NCBI GenBank assembly: GCA_040878325.1
Contig: JBBDMM010000006.1
Span: forward strand, 192,418 to 256,417
Length of the DNA: 64,000 nucleotides
Direction of reading: 5' to 3'
DNA from: Acidimicrobiia bacterium
Lineage (GTDB): Bacteria > Actinomycetota > Acidimicrobiia > Spongiisociales > UBA11373
Position numbers and translations under genes: made by a program. The notes under the pieces were generated by a model, which saw nothing but the letters and a program-made list of their open reading frames with translations, did not search any database and was not told the DNA's origin. Positions 29,780-39,821 of this stretch are shown here, piece by piece (the first letter of the stretch is position 1; each line of letters begins with the position of its first letter).

Positions 29780-32416
29780 TCAGGGCGGTGGGCCGTCGTA
29801 CGGTGGGCAGGGGTTGCCTCCGCCGAGGACCGGATCGGCCACCCAATAGGTGATGAGGTACTGGTTCGATTGGAACGGGATCGGGTCTTCCGGTTCCGGG
29901 TCGATCATCCTGATGTTCCCCTGGTAGGCCGCGTTCGGGTCGTTGCAGAAGCCGCCGAAGTCGTCCGACTGCTCGAAGGTGAACACCGGGAATTGGTTGT
30001 TAGCGTTGGTGGGCGGCGGCCCGTCGGGCCGCATCTCGTAGATCTCGTAGTCGAGCGGGGCGAAGACCGGGTCGAACACGACCGTCACCGAGGATCCGGC
30101 CGCGACGATCTCGCCCGGCGGGGGTGTCTGCTGCACGGCCCGGCCCTCGCACGCGTGGTTGCCGAAGGTGTACGAGTACTCGTCGTCGCTGGCAGTCTGC
30201 GCGTTCAAGACGAGGCCCGCATCGGAGAGCCGCTGCTCGGCCTGCTGACGGGTCACCGCGTTAGGGCACCCGCCACCACCACTGGTGAACATATTGGGGA
30301 CTTCTGCGCCTGCGACCCCGAAGGACACGGTGACGGTGGTGCCGACCTGCTGGGTCGTCCCCGGGCCGGGGTTCTGGCTGACGGCACGATCGACATCGGA
30401 GCTGCCTTGGGCCACCAACACGTCTTCCCCGCGCTGGAAGACCAGGCCTTCACCTTCGATGGCATTGCGGGCGGCGTTCTCGGTCATGTTGTCGACATTG
30501 GGCACTGTCACCTCGGTGGAGGCTTCGCCGAGGCGGATCGTGACGCTCGAGCCGAATTCGTGTGTCTCGCCGGGTGACGGATCCTGCTCGGCCACGCGGC
30601 CGTCGTTCGGGTCGTCCCACTCGAGGACGAGATTCGGGCCGACGCTGACCACGAACCCGAACTCTTCGAGGCGGTTGATGGCGGCGTTCTCGGTCATTCC
30701 GATGACATTGGGGACCACCGAAGGGACCGCGCCCTCGGACACGATGAGGAGAAGCGTCCCGCCCGACGGCAGCAGTTCGCCGGCGGGAGGCTCGGTCGCG
30801 ATGACGAATCCCTCGAGGACCTCGGCGTGGGGGCGTCGTTCGATGATGATCTGGGCGAGATCGAACCCTTCTTGCTGCAGGGCGAACAGGGCATTGGCCT
30901 CTGATTGATTGACGACGTCGGGCACCGTCAGGGCATCGACGCCGGCCGAGACGGTCAGGTTGACCAGGGTGCCCTCGTCCACGATCTGACCCGGTGGCGG
31001 GCTCTGAGCAATCACGACGTCCTCGTCCACCACCGGTGAAGCCTCGAAGACCACCGTACCCACCTCGAGGCCGGCGGCCTCGATCAAGGCCTCGGCATCG
31101 GCCCTGAGCCGATTGACCACATCCGGCACCTCGGCCGTGCCTGGCGCGCCGGAAACGAGCAAGGTGACGGTGGACCCTATTTCAACCTCTTGCCCGGCCG
31201 CCGGATCGGTTCCTGCGACCCGGCCGGTCTCGATGTCGTCGTCGGCGACGATCTGCTGCTCTACGACGAGGCCGCGGCCCTCGAGGCGCTCCGTGGCTGC
31301 TTCGACGGTCTGGCCCCGAAGGTTCGGAATCGAAACCGTGGTGCCCCCGGATGGCCCCAAGAGCCGGACCAGCAGGATGAGTCCGAGGCCCACGAGGGCG
31401 GCGGCGGCGAGGATACCGATCGTGATCGTGGTGCGGTCGACCCGTCCCGGCTCCTGATACGCCGGTTCGACATATGTCCTCTGGCCGTCGAAGGGATCGT
31501 CGGCATCGGCGAACACGCCACCCGCGCCGACGGCTCCCACTGCCGCCATGACCCGGGTGGGGGCTTCGTTCTCGGGCGCAGCCAGCGGAACCTGGCCGGC
31601 GAGCACCCGGCGCAGGTCCGCCGCCATGTCCTCGGCTGTCTGGTAGCGGTCGTCGGGATGCTTCGCCATGGCGGCCAGCACCACCGCTTCGAGGCCCCGG
31701 GGGATGTTGGGGTTGAGGTCGGAGGGCAGCTCCGGCTCCTCCCGAACATGCTGATAGGCCACCGCCACCGGGCTCTCGCCGTGGAACGGGGGCTGGCCGG
31801 TGAGCAGCTCATACAGGACGACCCCCAGCGAGTAGATGTCGCTACGGGAATCTGCGGTAAAACCCTGCGCCTGCTCGGGGCTGAAATAGGTGGCGGTGCC
31901 GATCACTGCGCCGGTGCGGGTGAGCTGCTCCTGATCGTCGAAGGCCCGGGCGATCCCGAAGTCGGCGACCTTCACCTTGCCGTCAGGCATCAAGAGGATG
32001 TTGGCCGGCTTGATGTCGCGGTGGACCAGTCCCTGGGCATGAGCTGCCGAAAGCGCCGACGCTACGTCCACGCCGATCTCAGCTACACGTCGGGGGAGGA
32101 GGGCACCCTCGGAGCGCACCACCTCGCGCAGGTTCCGGCCCTGCACCAACTCCATGACCATGAAGTAGGTGCCGTCGTCCTGGCCCCAATCGTGGACGGC
32201 GACCACCCCGGGGTGGGTGAGGTTGGCGGCGGCCTGAGCCTCGCGGCGAAAGCGCTCGATGAACGCCTCGCTGCGGGCGTACTCGCTGTGGAGGATCTTG
32301 ACCGCGACCTGCCGCCCGAGGCGACGGTCCTCGGCCACATATACGTCAGCCATCCCGCCGCGGGCGAGATGGGAGACGAGGGCGTACCGGTCTGACAAGA
32401 CCTGTTGCGAATCCAC
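29780..32416 (-). CDS. pknB: PASTA-domain Ser/Thr kinase
   Basis: GGMADVY, HRDIKPANIL, DFGIAR, TM, six PASTA-like repeats; GTG start inferred. Confidence 0.93.
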   Translation of the reverse strand: MDSQQVLSDRYALVSHLARGGMADVYVAEDRRLGRQVAVKILHSEYARSEAFIERFRREAQAAANLTHPGVVAVHDWGQDDGTYFMVMELVQGRNLREVVRSEGALLPRRVAEIGVDVASALSAAHAQGLVHRDIKPANILLMPDGKVKVADFGIARAFDDQEQLTRTGAVIGTATYFSPEQAQGFTADSRSDIYSLGVVLYELLTGQPPFHGESPVAVAYQHVREEPELPSDLNPNIPRGLEAVVLAAMAKHPDDRYQTAEDMAADLRRVLAGQVPLAAPENEAPTRVMAAVGAVGAGGVFADADDPFDGQRTYVEPAYQEPGRVDRTTITIGILAAAALVGLGLILLVRLLGPSGGTTVSIPNLRGQTVEAATERLEGRGLVVEQQIVADDDIETGRVAGTDPAAGQEVEIGSTVTLLVSGAPGTAEVPDVVNRLRADAEALIEAAGLEVGTVVFEASPVVDEDVVIAQSPPPGQIVDEGTLVNLTVSAGVDALTVPDVVNQSEANALFALQQEGFDLAQIIIERRPHAEVLEGFVIATEPPAGELLPSGGTLLLIVSEGAVPSVVPNVIGMTENAAINRLEEFGFVVSVGPNLVLEWDDPNDGRVAEQDPSPGETHEFGSSVTIRLGEASTEVTVPNVDNMTENAARNAIEGEGLVFQRGEDVLVAQGSSDVDRAVSQNPGPGTTQQVGTTVTVSFGVAGAEVPNMFTSGGGGCPNAVTRQQAEQRLSDAGLVLNAQTASDDEYSYTFGNHACEGRAVQQTPPPGEIVAAGSSVTVVFDPVFAPLDYEIYEMRPDGPPPTNANNQFPVFTFEQSDDFGGFCNDPNAAYQGNIRMIDPEPEDPIPFQSNQYLITYWVADPVLGGGNPCPPYDGPPP

Positions 32417-32439
32417 GAATGCAGATGGTAACCGGGGGC

Positions 32440-33837
32440 CTATCTTCTGAACTCGATCCATGCTGCGATCACTTCCGCCGCAATCGGGCCCGCTACCCGC
32501 CCTCCGCTTCCCCCGCCCTCGACCACGACCGCCACGGCGATGGTCGGATTGTCGGTGGGACCGAAAGCGATGATCCATGCGTGGGGACCGCCGGAGCCCT
32601 CGGCGGTCCCGGTCTTGGCGGCCACCTCGATACCGGCGACGGCGGCAGGGCTCCCGGTGCCGCTCTCGACGACGGCGATCATCATCTCGGTCAGGGCAGC
32701 AGCCGCCTGCCGGGGGACCAGGCGGTGGAGCATCCGCGGATCTGTGGACTCGAGTACCTCGCCGTCCGGGGCGACCACCGAGTCGACTACGTAGGGGGCC
32801 ATCGCCGCGCCGTCGTTGGCGATCGCCGCGGCGATGAGGGCCATCAACAGTGGGGTGACTCTGACGTCACGTTCGCCGATCCCGGTCTGGGCGAGGGCCG
32901 GCGGATCGGCCTGGAGTTCCACGCCCGTGGGAATCGACGAGACCACCGCCCCGGTCTCCCACGGAATCGCCCCATTGAACCCGGCTGCCTCCGCCGCTGC
33001 CACCACGTAGTCGCCGCCGAGTTCGACGGCGAGGCGGGCAAAGGCCGTGTTGCAGGAGACCACCAGTGCCCGGGTGAGGGAGATCGGGTCGCCGCCGCAT
33101 CCCTCGTCGCCGGCGTTGCGGATGGGCATGCCGCCACCGGGTGGGGTGTACGACGACCCGGCCACGACATCGCTGTCGGGGTTCAACCCCGCCCTGATGG
33201 CGGCGGCGGCGACGAGCACCTTGAAGGTCGATCCCGGCGGCAACACATGATCGGCGACGCGGTCGAGCAGTGCCGCGGCCGCGCCCTCGTTGGTGGGACT
33301 GAGGTCGCCGGACACCACGTCGTTCGGGTCGAACGACGGCGAAGACACGTACGCGAGCACCGCCCCGGTGCGTGGGTCGATCGCGACCACCGCCCCGGTG
33401 CGGTTGCCGAGTGCCGCCACCGCCGCCTGCTGCACCTCGTCGACGATCGTGAGGCGAACGTCGGGCGGTCCGAGGTCGGCTCCGAGCAGCCCGAGGAGCC
33501 AGGCGGTGAGCGACCCATCGTGGCGCGACGCCAAGGCGGCGAATCGGGTGCGCTCCACGCCGCTCTGCGCCTCGGAGCTGTCGAACCCCACGATGTGGGC
33601 GTAGGCGCGGCCCTCGGGGTACTGCCTGGTGCCGTCGTCGTCCTCGGCCACCACCACGTCGTCGAAGGTGATGATTCGGCCGCGGCTGGGGCCGGCGGGC
33701 GCCTCGAACGCCCTGACATTGCGCGGATCGTCGCGGTACTGGGCGCCGGCCCGGGTCTGCACCCAGGTCAACCACACGACCGAGAACGCCATCAGCCCGA
33801 GCATGGTGAAGGCAACACTGCGGATCGCGCCCTTCAT
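32440..33837 (-). CDS. pbpA: class B penicillin-binding protein
   Basis: PGSTFK, SCN and KTG motifs; position in cluster. Confidence 0.9.
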   Translation of the reverse strand: MKGAIRSVAFTMLGLMAFSVVWLTWVQTRAGAQYRDDPRNVRAFEAPAGPSRGRIITFDDVVVAEDDDGTRQYPEGRAYAHIVGFDSSEAQSGVERTRFAALASRHDGSLTAWLLGLLGADLGPPDVRLTIVDEVQQAAVAALGNRTGAVVAIDPRTGAVLAYVSSPSFDPNDVVSGDLSPTNEGAAAALLDRVADHVLPPGSTFKVLVAAAAIRAGLNPDSDVVAGSSYTPPGGGMPIRNAGDEGCGGDPISLTRALVVSCNTAFARLAVELGGDYVVAAAEAAGFNGAIPWETGAVVSSIPTGVELQADPPALAQTGIGERDVRVTPLLMALIAAAIANDGAAMAPYVVDSVVAPDGEVLESTDPRMLHRLVPRQAAAALTEMMIAVVESGTGSPAAVAGIEVAAKTGTAEGSGGPHAWIIAFGPTDNPTIAVAVVVEGGGSGGRVAGPIAAEVIAAWIEFRR

Positions 33838-35123
33838 GACCGTTCCTCGTGGGAGATGCGGGCGAACAGGGCAACGATCACCAGGTTCGACAGGAGAGCC
33901 GAGCCCCCATAGGAAGCAAAGGGCAGGGTGATCCCCGTGAGCGGCAAGATCCGCAGCACCCCGGCAACGATCAGCAGGGTCTGCACGGCAAGGGTGATCG
34001 CCAGTCCTGCCGCGAGCAGGGAGCGAAACCGGTCGGTAGCCCGCAGGGCGATTCCGAAGCCGACCGCGATCAGGATGGCGTAGGCGGCCAGCGTCGCCAT
34101 CCCCCCGGCGAGGCCCATCTCTTCGGTGATCGCCACGAAGACGTAGTCGGTCGCGGCCGCCGGCACCAGGTAGGGGGCGCCGTTGCCGATGCCCGCTCCG
34201 AAGATGCCCGCGTCAGCGAGGGCGAAGATGCTCTGGGCCACCTGGTAGCCGCCCCCGGCGAAGTCATCGAAGGGCCGCAGCCAGGCATCGACGCGGACGG
34301 CGACATGCTCGAACGCGGCCGCAGCGGCGAAAGCGCCGCCCACCGCAAGGACCCCGCCCGCGACCAGATACGTGAGACGGTCCGTGGCGACGAACAACAG
34401 CAGCACGAACGTCAGGAAGAGCAGCAGGGATGCGCCGAGGTCCTTCTGGTAGGCCAGGACCGCCAGCGACACCCCGAACGCGATCAAGACAGGCAGCAAC
34501 TGCCGGGGCTCCGGCAACCTGATCGGCCCCACCGAGCGAGGCATCGCCGCGAGCGCCTGCCATCGGTCGGCCAGAAACGAGGCGAGAAAGACGACAAGGA
34601 GGACCTTCGCTGCCTCGCCGGGCTGGAACGACAGGGTGCGGTCCCCGAGGTTGAGCCTGACCCACAGTCTCGATCCGTTGACGGTTGCCCCGCCCAGCGG
34701 CCAGGTCGATGGCGTCAGGGGCAGCACGAGCAGACCCAATGCGGCGGCGAGGAAGAGGTAGCGGAACCTCCGCAGCAGCTCGACGCCGGGTTTACGCAGC
34801 ACGAGGAGCGCCCCGGTGGCGATCACCGCGGCGAGCAGCAGCCACCAACGCTGAATTCGACCCAGGTCGCGATCTATCCGGAACACCTCGATCGAGCCCA
34901 GAGCGGTGACGAACGCGACCGGCGGCAGCAGGAGCCGGCTCGCGGCAGGTGCCCACGCCCGAAAGGCCAGCAAGAGCCCGCCGAACGCGGCGAGGTGGGT
35001 CGCCGCGGCGGCGACGGTGTCGATCGTGATCCGATCGTCTACGGTGAGGGTGACCAGGGCCGTGCCGGCGGCGACGATGGCCGCGGCAAACCCGATGAGG
35101 GCGACTTCGGCCCTCTTGCTCAC
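33834..35123 (-). CDS. rodA: SEDS-family protein RodA
   Basis: SFQPGEAAK, QKDLG, PLTGITLPFASYGGS. Confidence 0.92.
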   Translation of the reverse strand: MSKRAEVALIGFAAAIVAAGTALVTLTVDDRITIDTVAAAATHLAAFGGLLLAFRAWAPAASRLLLPPVAFVTALGSIEVFRIDRDLGRIQRWWLLLAAVIATGALLVLRKPGVELLRRFRYLFLAAALGLLVLPLTPSTWPLGGATVNGSRLWVRLNLGDRTLSFQPGEAAKVLLVVFLASFLADRWQALAAMPRSVGPIRLPEPRQLLPVLIAFGVSLAVLAYQKDLGASLLLFLTFVLLLFVATDRLTYLVAGGVLAVGGAFAAAAAFEHVAVRVDAWLRPFDDFAGGGYQVAQSIFALADAGIFGAGIGNGAPYLVPAAATDYVFVAITEEMGLAGGMATLAAYAILIAVGFGIALRATDRFRSLLAAGLAITLAVQTLLIVAGVLRILPLTGITLPFASYGGSALLSNLVIVALFARISHEERS

Positions 35124-35833
35124 TCGTCGACCGTGTCCACGATGACCACGCTGATGTTGTCGTCCCCACCCGCTCGATTGGCCGCTTCGACCAGGCCCCG
35201 GGCGGCCGCTGCAGGGTCGCTTTCCTTCAGCACGCCAGCGATCGCCGCGTCATCGATCAGCGACGAGAGGCCATCAGAGCAGATGAGCAGTCGGTCGCCC
35301 GGCGTCAGTTCGAGCTCGAAAGTGTCGACATCGACCGCAGGCTCGAGCCCGATCGCCCGGGTGACCACGCTCCGGTACGGGTGCACGGCGGCCTCCTCAG
35401 GCGTGAGGCGGCCGGCCGCCATCATCTCGCTGACGTAGGAGTGATCGGTGGTCACCCTTTTCAGAGCGCCGGCACGAAAGAGGTAGGCGCGGCTGTCGCC
35501 GACGTGTCCGAGGTCGACCCGGCCGTCGGGCTCGATCACCGCGAGGGTGAGGGTGGTCCCCATCCCGGCCAGCCGCGGCTGGTGGTTGGCATCGTCGAGA
35601 ACCGCCAGGTTGGCCGCCTGAATCCGGAGGGCCGCGGTGCCGCCGACGCCGACGGCCGTATCGATGGCGGTCCTGCTGGCGATCTCGCCGCCGGCATGCC
35701 CCCCCATGCCGTCGGCCACCGCGACCAGGAGCGGGCCGATGCTCTCGCCCGACCCCGGTTCTGGCCAGATCGCGTCCTCGTTGTGGTCCCGTACCCGGCC
35801 GTCATCGGTCAGCGCTGCCCAGAGGAACCTCAT
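35120..35833 (-). CDS. pstP: PP2C-family Ser/Thr phosphatase (soluble domain only)
   Basis: GRVRDHNED, VADGMGG, HVGDSRAY, CSDGL, GGDDNIS. Confidence 0.92.
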   Translation of the reverse strand: MRFLWAALTDDGRVRDHNEDAIWPEPGSGESIGPLLVAVADGMGGHAGGEIASRTAIDTAVGVGGTAALRIQAANLAVLDDANHQPRLAGMGTTLTLAVIEPDGRVDLGHVGDSRAYLFRAGALKRVTTDHSYVSEMMAAGRLTPEEAAVHPYRSVVTRAIGLEPAVDVDTFELELTPGDRLLICSDGLSSLIDDAAIAGVLKESDPAAAARGLVEAANRAGGDDNISVVIVDTVDE

Positions 35834-36258
35834 CGCACCTCCATGATGGTGGCCCCGATTCGGATCGTGTCTCCTCTCGCGAGGACCCTCCGTTCGGTCA
35901 CTCGCTCGCCGTTGAGTGTGGTGCCGTTGGTGGAGCCGAGATCCTGGACGTACAGGCGCCCCCCGGCGGTGTCGAAGCGGGCATGTTGGTCCGACGCAAA
36001 TGCGTCCTCGATAGTGACGTCGGCCTGGGCGCTCCGGCCGACCACCAGGGGCTTGCGGACATCGATCGTACGCGGCTCGGTACCAGGAGCGGTCACCACC
36101 AGCACCGGCAGCGGCAGCGGTTCGGCCGCCTCGGGCCGGCGCCCCCGGGGGCTGTCGCTTGCGACGTGCCCCCGCACCGCCCGCGCCACATAGAAAAGAA
36201 ACAGATAGAGCAACGCGACGAACGCCACCTTGGACACGTTGACGATCGTGTCGCTCAT
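35830..36258 (-). CDS. fhaB: FHA domain protein
   Basis: N-terminal TM; GR, SDQHA and GSTNGT motifs. Confidence 0.88.
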   Translation of the reverse strand: MSDTIVNVSKVAFVALLYLFLFYVARAVRGHVASDSPRGRRPEAAEPLPLPVLVVTAPGTEPRTIDVRKPLVVGRSAQADVTIEDAFASDQHARFDTAGGRLYVQDLGSTNGTTLNGERVTERRVLARGDTIRIGATIMEVR

Positions 36259-36917
36259 TCAGGCGGCCTGACGAAGTACTCGGCGCCGCCGAACGACACG
36301 ATGTCACCGTCGACGATCGGAGTGGATTCGAGCACCCGTTTGCCATTCACATGGCTGCCGTTCGACGAGCCGAGGTCGGCCAACCACGCCGAGCCCGACT
36401 CCTGCCAGATGAGGGCATGGATTCGGGACACGTCGTCGCGGGGGACATGGATATCGGCACCGGACGACCTGCCGACCACCGCCCGGTTCACGCCGATGGG
36501 AATCCAGGGCCCACCGGCAATCGGCTCGAGCCGTGCCCATGGAGGCCTCGGTCCCGGCTCGACCCAGCATTCGATGCCGACCTCGGATGGTCGGGCGTCA
36601 GGGTCGATCTCGACATCGACCCGGGCGAGTCCGTCGAGGCGCCATCCGCGGTCGGCGGCGGCGTCTTCGACGAATTGGGCGAGTTCGGCCCGCACCGCAG
36701 TCAACACCTCTGGTTCGACCTCGTCCTCGCCGCCCATCGTCACTCGGAAGGCATTGGGTGCTCCAGGACCGCCCGGTGTATCGAACTGGGCGAGATCGGC
36801 CTCGCGAACGAGCCTGCTTCCCAACTCGACGGGGTGAACCCGACCCTTGAACAGCCGCGCGGCAAGGCCGTCGACCATCCGCTCCAACCGGCGCTCAAGG
36901 CCGCGTGCCAGTCCCAT
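36255..36917 (-). CDS. fhaA: DUF3662 + FHA domain protein
   Basis: LERRLERMVDG...VHPVEL; VGRS, SRIHA, GSSNGS. Confidence 0.9.
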   Translation of the reverse strand: MGLARGLERRLERMVDGLAARLFKGRVHPVELGSRLVREADLAQFDTPGGPGAPNAFRVTMGGEDEVEPEVLTAVRAELAQFVEDAAADRGWRLDGLARVDVEIDPDARPSEVGIECWVEPGPRPPWARLEPIAGGPWIPIGVNRAVVGRSSGADIHVPRDDVSRIHALIWQESGSAWLADLGSSNGSHVNGKRVLESTPIVDGDIVSFGGAEYFVRPPE

Positions 36918-36956
36918 TGGCGAAAGGGTACCGGGGGGGACCGCGGAGGGGACCGA

Positions 36957-37841
36957 CTACCGACCCGAGTCGTCTTCCTTGAGTAGCAGGAGATTCACGG
37001 TCTTCGAACCGAGGTCTGGTGTCGACCAGTCCACGTCTCGGATTTCGCCACTCGCCTCATCGATGGACACGACGGGGACGAAGCCCAGAGAAGCCAACTG
37101 GTGGTGGAGTTCCTCGGTCGACCGGTTGCTCACTCTTTGCTGCCACGGGTCATGTTCGATCAGGAGATGCACATGAGGGCTCGTTCGGACCAGTCGCCGC
37201 ATCCCGTCGAGCGCCTCGATCTCCCCGCCGTCGATGTCCAACTTGACCACATCGACGGTGTCGCCCGGTTCGAAGTAATCGTCGAGGCGCACGGTGTCGA
37301 GCCGCGTGAGGGGAGCGGCTGCGTTGAGGCGATGCACCTGGTTGGCGGTGGTATTGCCGATGGCATAGGGGAGTAGGGCGACGTTCGTGGCCTGGTTCGC
37401 TTCGATGTTCTTCGCGAGGAGGGCGCGGCTCCGGCGATCAGGCTCGAAGGCGTGCACTCTTCCATCGTTTCCTACCGCCTTCGATGCCATGATCGTGAAG
37501 TATCCGAGGTGTGCTCCGATGTCGACGACGGTGTCTCCGGGGTGGACGATCGACTTGAATACCTTGGTCGATGCTGCCTCCCAGATTCGGTCGCGGATCA
37601 GGCCCCGACCCACTGAAAGATCCAGCGCGCTGACCAGTAGAGTCATCTCACCGACGTCGACTCTCCTCTGAAAGACCTTCATCGCGGCGGCGGCCGCCAA
37701 TAGCGGTGACACGGCGCGGGCGAACGAGGCCAAAAACGAGAGTTTCCGCCACCGAGAACCCCGCTTGCGGGGCGGTTGGGCAGAGGGCGCTGGAATGGAA
37801 CCCTCAGGTTCCGACTCACCAATCGAAGAGATCTCTGGCAT
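36957..37841 (-). CDS. FkbM-family methyltransferase
   Basis: VVDIGAHLGYFT, AFEPD, VKLDIDGGE. Confidence 0.85.
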   Translation of the reverse strand: MPEISSIGESEPEGSIPAPSAQPPRKRGSRWRKLSFLASFARAVSPLLAAAAAMKVFQRRVDVGEMTLLVSALDLSVGRGLIRDRIWEAASTKVFKSIVHPGDTVVDIGAHLGYFTIMASKAVGNDGRVHAFEPDRRSRALLAKNIEANQATNVALLPYAIGNTTANQVHRLNAAAPLTRLDTVRLDDYFEPGDTVDVVKLDIDGGEIEALDGMRRLVRTSPHVHLLIEHDPWQQRVSNRSTEELHHQLASLGFVPVVSIDEASGEIRDVDWSTPDLGSKTVNLLLLKEDDSGR

Positions 37842-37847
37842 TGTCCG

Positions 37848-38060
37848 TCAGACGCCTACCGGGATCTCAGTCAACTCGGTCCAGAGATCGCGGACCTCGC
37901 GGAATCGCTGATCCGGGAGTGAGTCGAGGATCGACAGAACCTCAGATCGAGCCCTGGCGTCGCGGGCCGCTGTGACGATCTCGGATCTTTTGGGCGCCGT
38001 CCCATGGAAAGCCGCCCGCACCGCTTGGGCGACCTCCATCCTCGTTACCGGTCCAATCAT
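37848..38060 (-). CDS. small protein (DUF2795-like)
   Basis: 70 aa, VTRMEVA...ARSEVL..L..LPDQRF..VRDLW; divergent from merR. Confidence 0.6.
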   Translation of the reverse strand: MIGPVTRMEVAQAVRAAFHGTAPKRSEIVTAARDARARSEVLSILDSLPDQRFREVRDLWTELTEIPVGV

Positions 38061-38107
38061 TTGGTGCCCTTCCGTCTCATACTCTTACGTAACGGTAGAT
38101 TAGGCAC

Positions 38108-38488
38108 ATGATCGAGACTCATGACCCGGGGGACGACTCGCTCTTCTTCCAGATCGGCGAAGTGGCTGAACGCGTCGGCCTGTCGCTGCGGACAATCCGG
38201 TACTACGAGGAGATCGGTTTGGTGGTGCCCTCGGGACGTACGGACGGGGGCTTCCGGTTGTATCGGGTCGATGACATACGGAGACTCGAGCTGGTCAAGG
38301 TGCTCAAACCGACCGGTATGGCCCTCGAGCACCTCGTCGAGCTCTTGGCCATCGATTCGATGGAAGCGCCGTCGGCCGCCGATCTGCGGCGGCTGAACGA
38401 TCTTGTTGCACACACCCAGGCGAAGATCGCCAAGCTCCGCCTCAAGCTGGACATAGCAACCGACGCTCTCGAAGCGTTGGGGCCGTAG
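38108..38488 (+). CDS. MerR-family regulator
   Basis: FQIGEVAERVGLSLRTIRYYEEIGL..RTDGGFRLY; imperfect palindrome TCTTACGT-A-ACGGTAGA just upstream. Confidence 0.92.
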   Translation: MIETHDPGDDSLFFQIGEVAERVGLSLRTIRYYEEIGLVVPSGRTDGGFRLYRVDDIRRLELVKVLKPTGMALEHLVELLAIDSMEAPSAADLRRLNDLVAHTQAKIAKLRLKLDIATDALEALGP

Positions 38489-38532
38489 CCACCGAAGGGC
38501 AGCCCGGAATCTGCGGAGCAGGCCTCGCACTG

Positions 38533-38551
38533 TTCGGCCCGAAGGGCCGAA
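38533..38551. terminator. hairpin between convergent merR and tRNA-Leu
   Basis: TTCGGCCC-GAA-GGGCCGAA perfect 8-bp stem. Confidence 0.5.
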
Positions 38552-38573
38552 GTCGGCCCGGGAATGAACACAG

Positions 38574-38657
38574 TGGGCGAGGGGGGAGTCGAACCCCCAC
38601 GAGTGTTACCCCACAGGCTTCTGAGGCCTGCGCGTCTGCCAATTCCGCCACTCGCCC
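38574..38657 (-). tRNA. tRNA-Leu(CAG)
   Basis: GGGCGAGTGGCGGAATTGGCAGACGCG-CAGGC-CT-CAG-AA-GCCTG, long variable arm. Confidence 0.95.
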
Positions 38658-38822
38658 AGAGGGCGGGAATCGTACCACCGGTGTCTGGCGGCCCTTCTGG
38701 GCCCGATTTTTCGGCGATTCGGCTGCATTCGTGCCCAGATGGGGCATCCTATTGAGCGTCCCGGTACCGTCTCGGGTTGCTCCGGCGGGGAGACTCCGCC
38801 GCGCCACTGGACAGGATGCGTT

Positions 38823-39821
38823 GTGACATACACCCCGGCCATTCGTCGCAGACGACGCCGCCGAACGATTCTGATCATTTCGATCGTCGGCATCGTCAGT
38901 GCCGTGGCGTACGGCGTGACGCGCGCCCAGGGCGAGGCAGAGGTGACCCGGGGGTACCTGGACGCCATTTACGAGGTGGCGACGGGCCAGGCTTCGGCGG
39001 CGGCTTCATTTAGCGAGATGATCACGGGGATCGAGGGCTTCACCCGCCCCCGCATGCTGCAGACACTCGAAGACCTCGAGGGGCGTTCCGACGAACTGGT
39101 CACGTTGCTCGCGTCCGCCAATCCTCCGGAGGGTCTCGAGCGAGCGGACCTCTGGCTCCAGATGGCGACGACCTCGTGGAGGAACGGTCTCAGTCACGCC
39201 CGGGCGGGACTGGTCGCCCTGGCATCCGACCCGGTGGACACCGACGGCACCGGAGCCACCTCGCTCGCCCGCGGTGTGGTGGATCTGCGGGTGGGTGACC
39301 GCGCCTACCAGGGGTTCATGTCCGAGGTGGCCGACGTGGACACCACGCTGCTCGGTGGAGCATTCCCATCGGTGACTTTCGTGCCCGCCGAGTCGGATCC
39401 CCTCTTCGAACCGGTGTCGCTGGCGCGGCGGATGTTTCTCACCCCGGGGCTCACGGAGGTTGACGATCTCGCGGTGGCCGATTTGCGGCTCGACCCTGCA
39501 CCGGTCGGGGAGAGCGGGGGGATCCCCGAGGTGCCGATCGCGGCCAGCCAGTCGATCGAGGCCACCATCGTCAACCGTGGCAACGCCGACCGCGTGGAGA
39601 TCGTCGTGAGCCTGCAGCTGGTCTCGAGCGACGGCGAGGAGTACACCGCGAGCATTGAGATCGACAGCATCGCGGGTGGCGCCGCGCGGACCGTATTGTT
39701 CAGCGAACTCCCGGTGAAACCCGACACCTTCTATCAGGTGCTGGTCTTCATTCCCCCGGGCGATGACGATGACGAGAACGACTCGATCACATTCCGTTTC
39801 GCGGTGAACGAGGAATCCTGA
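38823..39821 (+). CDS. membrane-anchored protein with C-terminal CARDB-like Ig domain
   Basis: Arg-rich N-terminus plus TM; DLAVADL...ATIVNRG...DDDDENDS pattern. Confidence 0.65.
   Translation: MTYTPAIRRRRRRRTILIISIVGIVSAVAYGVTRAQGEAEVTRGYLDAIYEVATGQASAAASFSEMITGIEGFTRPRMLQTLEDLEGRSDELVTLLASANPPEGLERADLWLQMATTSWRNGLSHARAGLVALASDPVDTDGTGATSLARGVVDLRVGDRAYQGFMSEVADVDTTLLGGAFPSVTFVPAESDPLFEPVSLARRMFLTPGLTEVDDLAVADLRLDPAPVGESGGIPEVPIAASQSIEATIVNRGNADRVEIVVSLQLVSSDGEEYTASIEIDSIAGGAARTVLFSELPVKPDTFYQVLVFIPPGDDDDENDSITFRFAVNEES

Noticed and set aside
7791..35438. Long alternative-frame or antisense ORFs (e.g. 7791-9356, 32419-33912, 33849-35438)
   Set aside because: Shadow ORFs of high-GC genes: Arg/Pro/Gly-rich, no motifs, overlapping well-supported genes.
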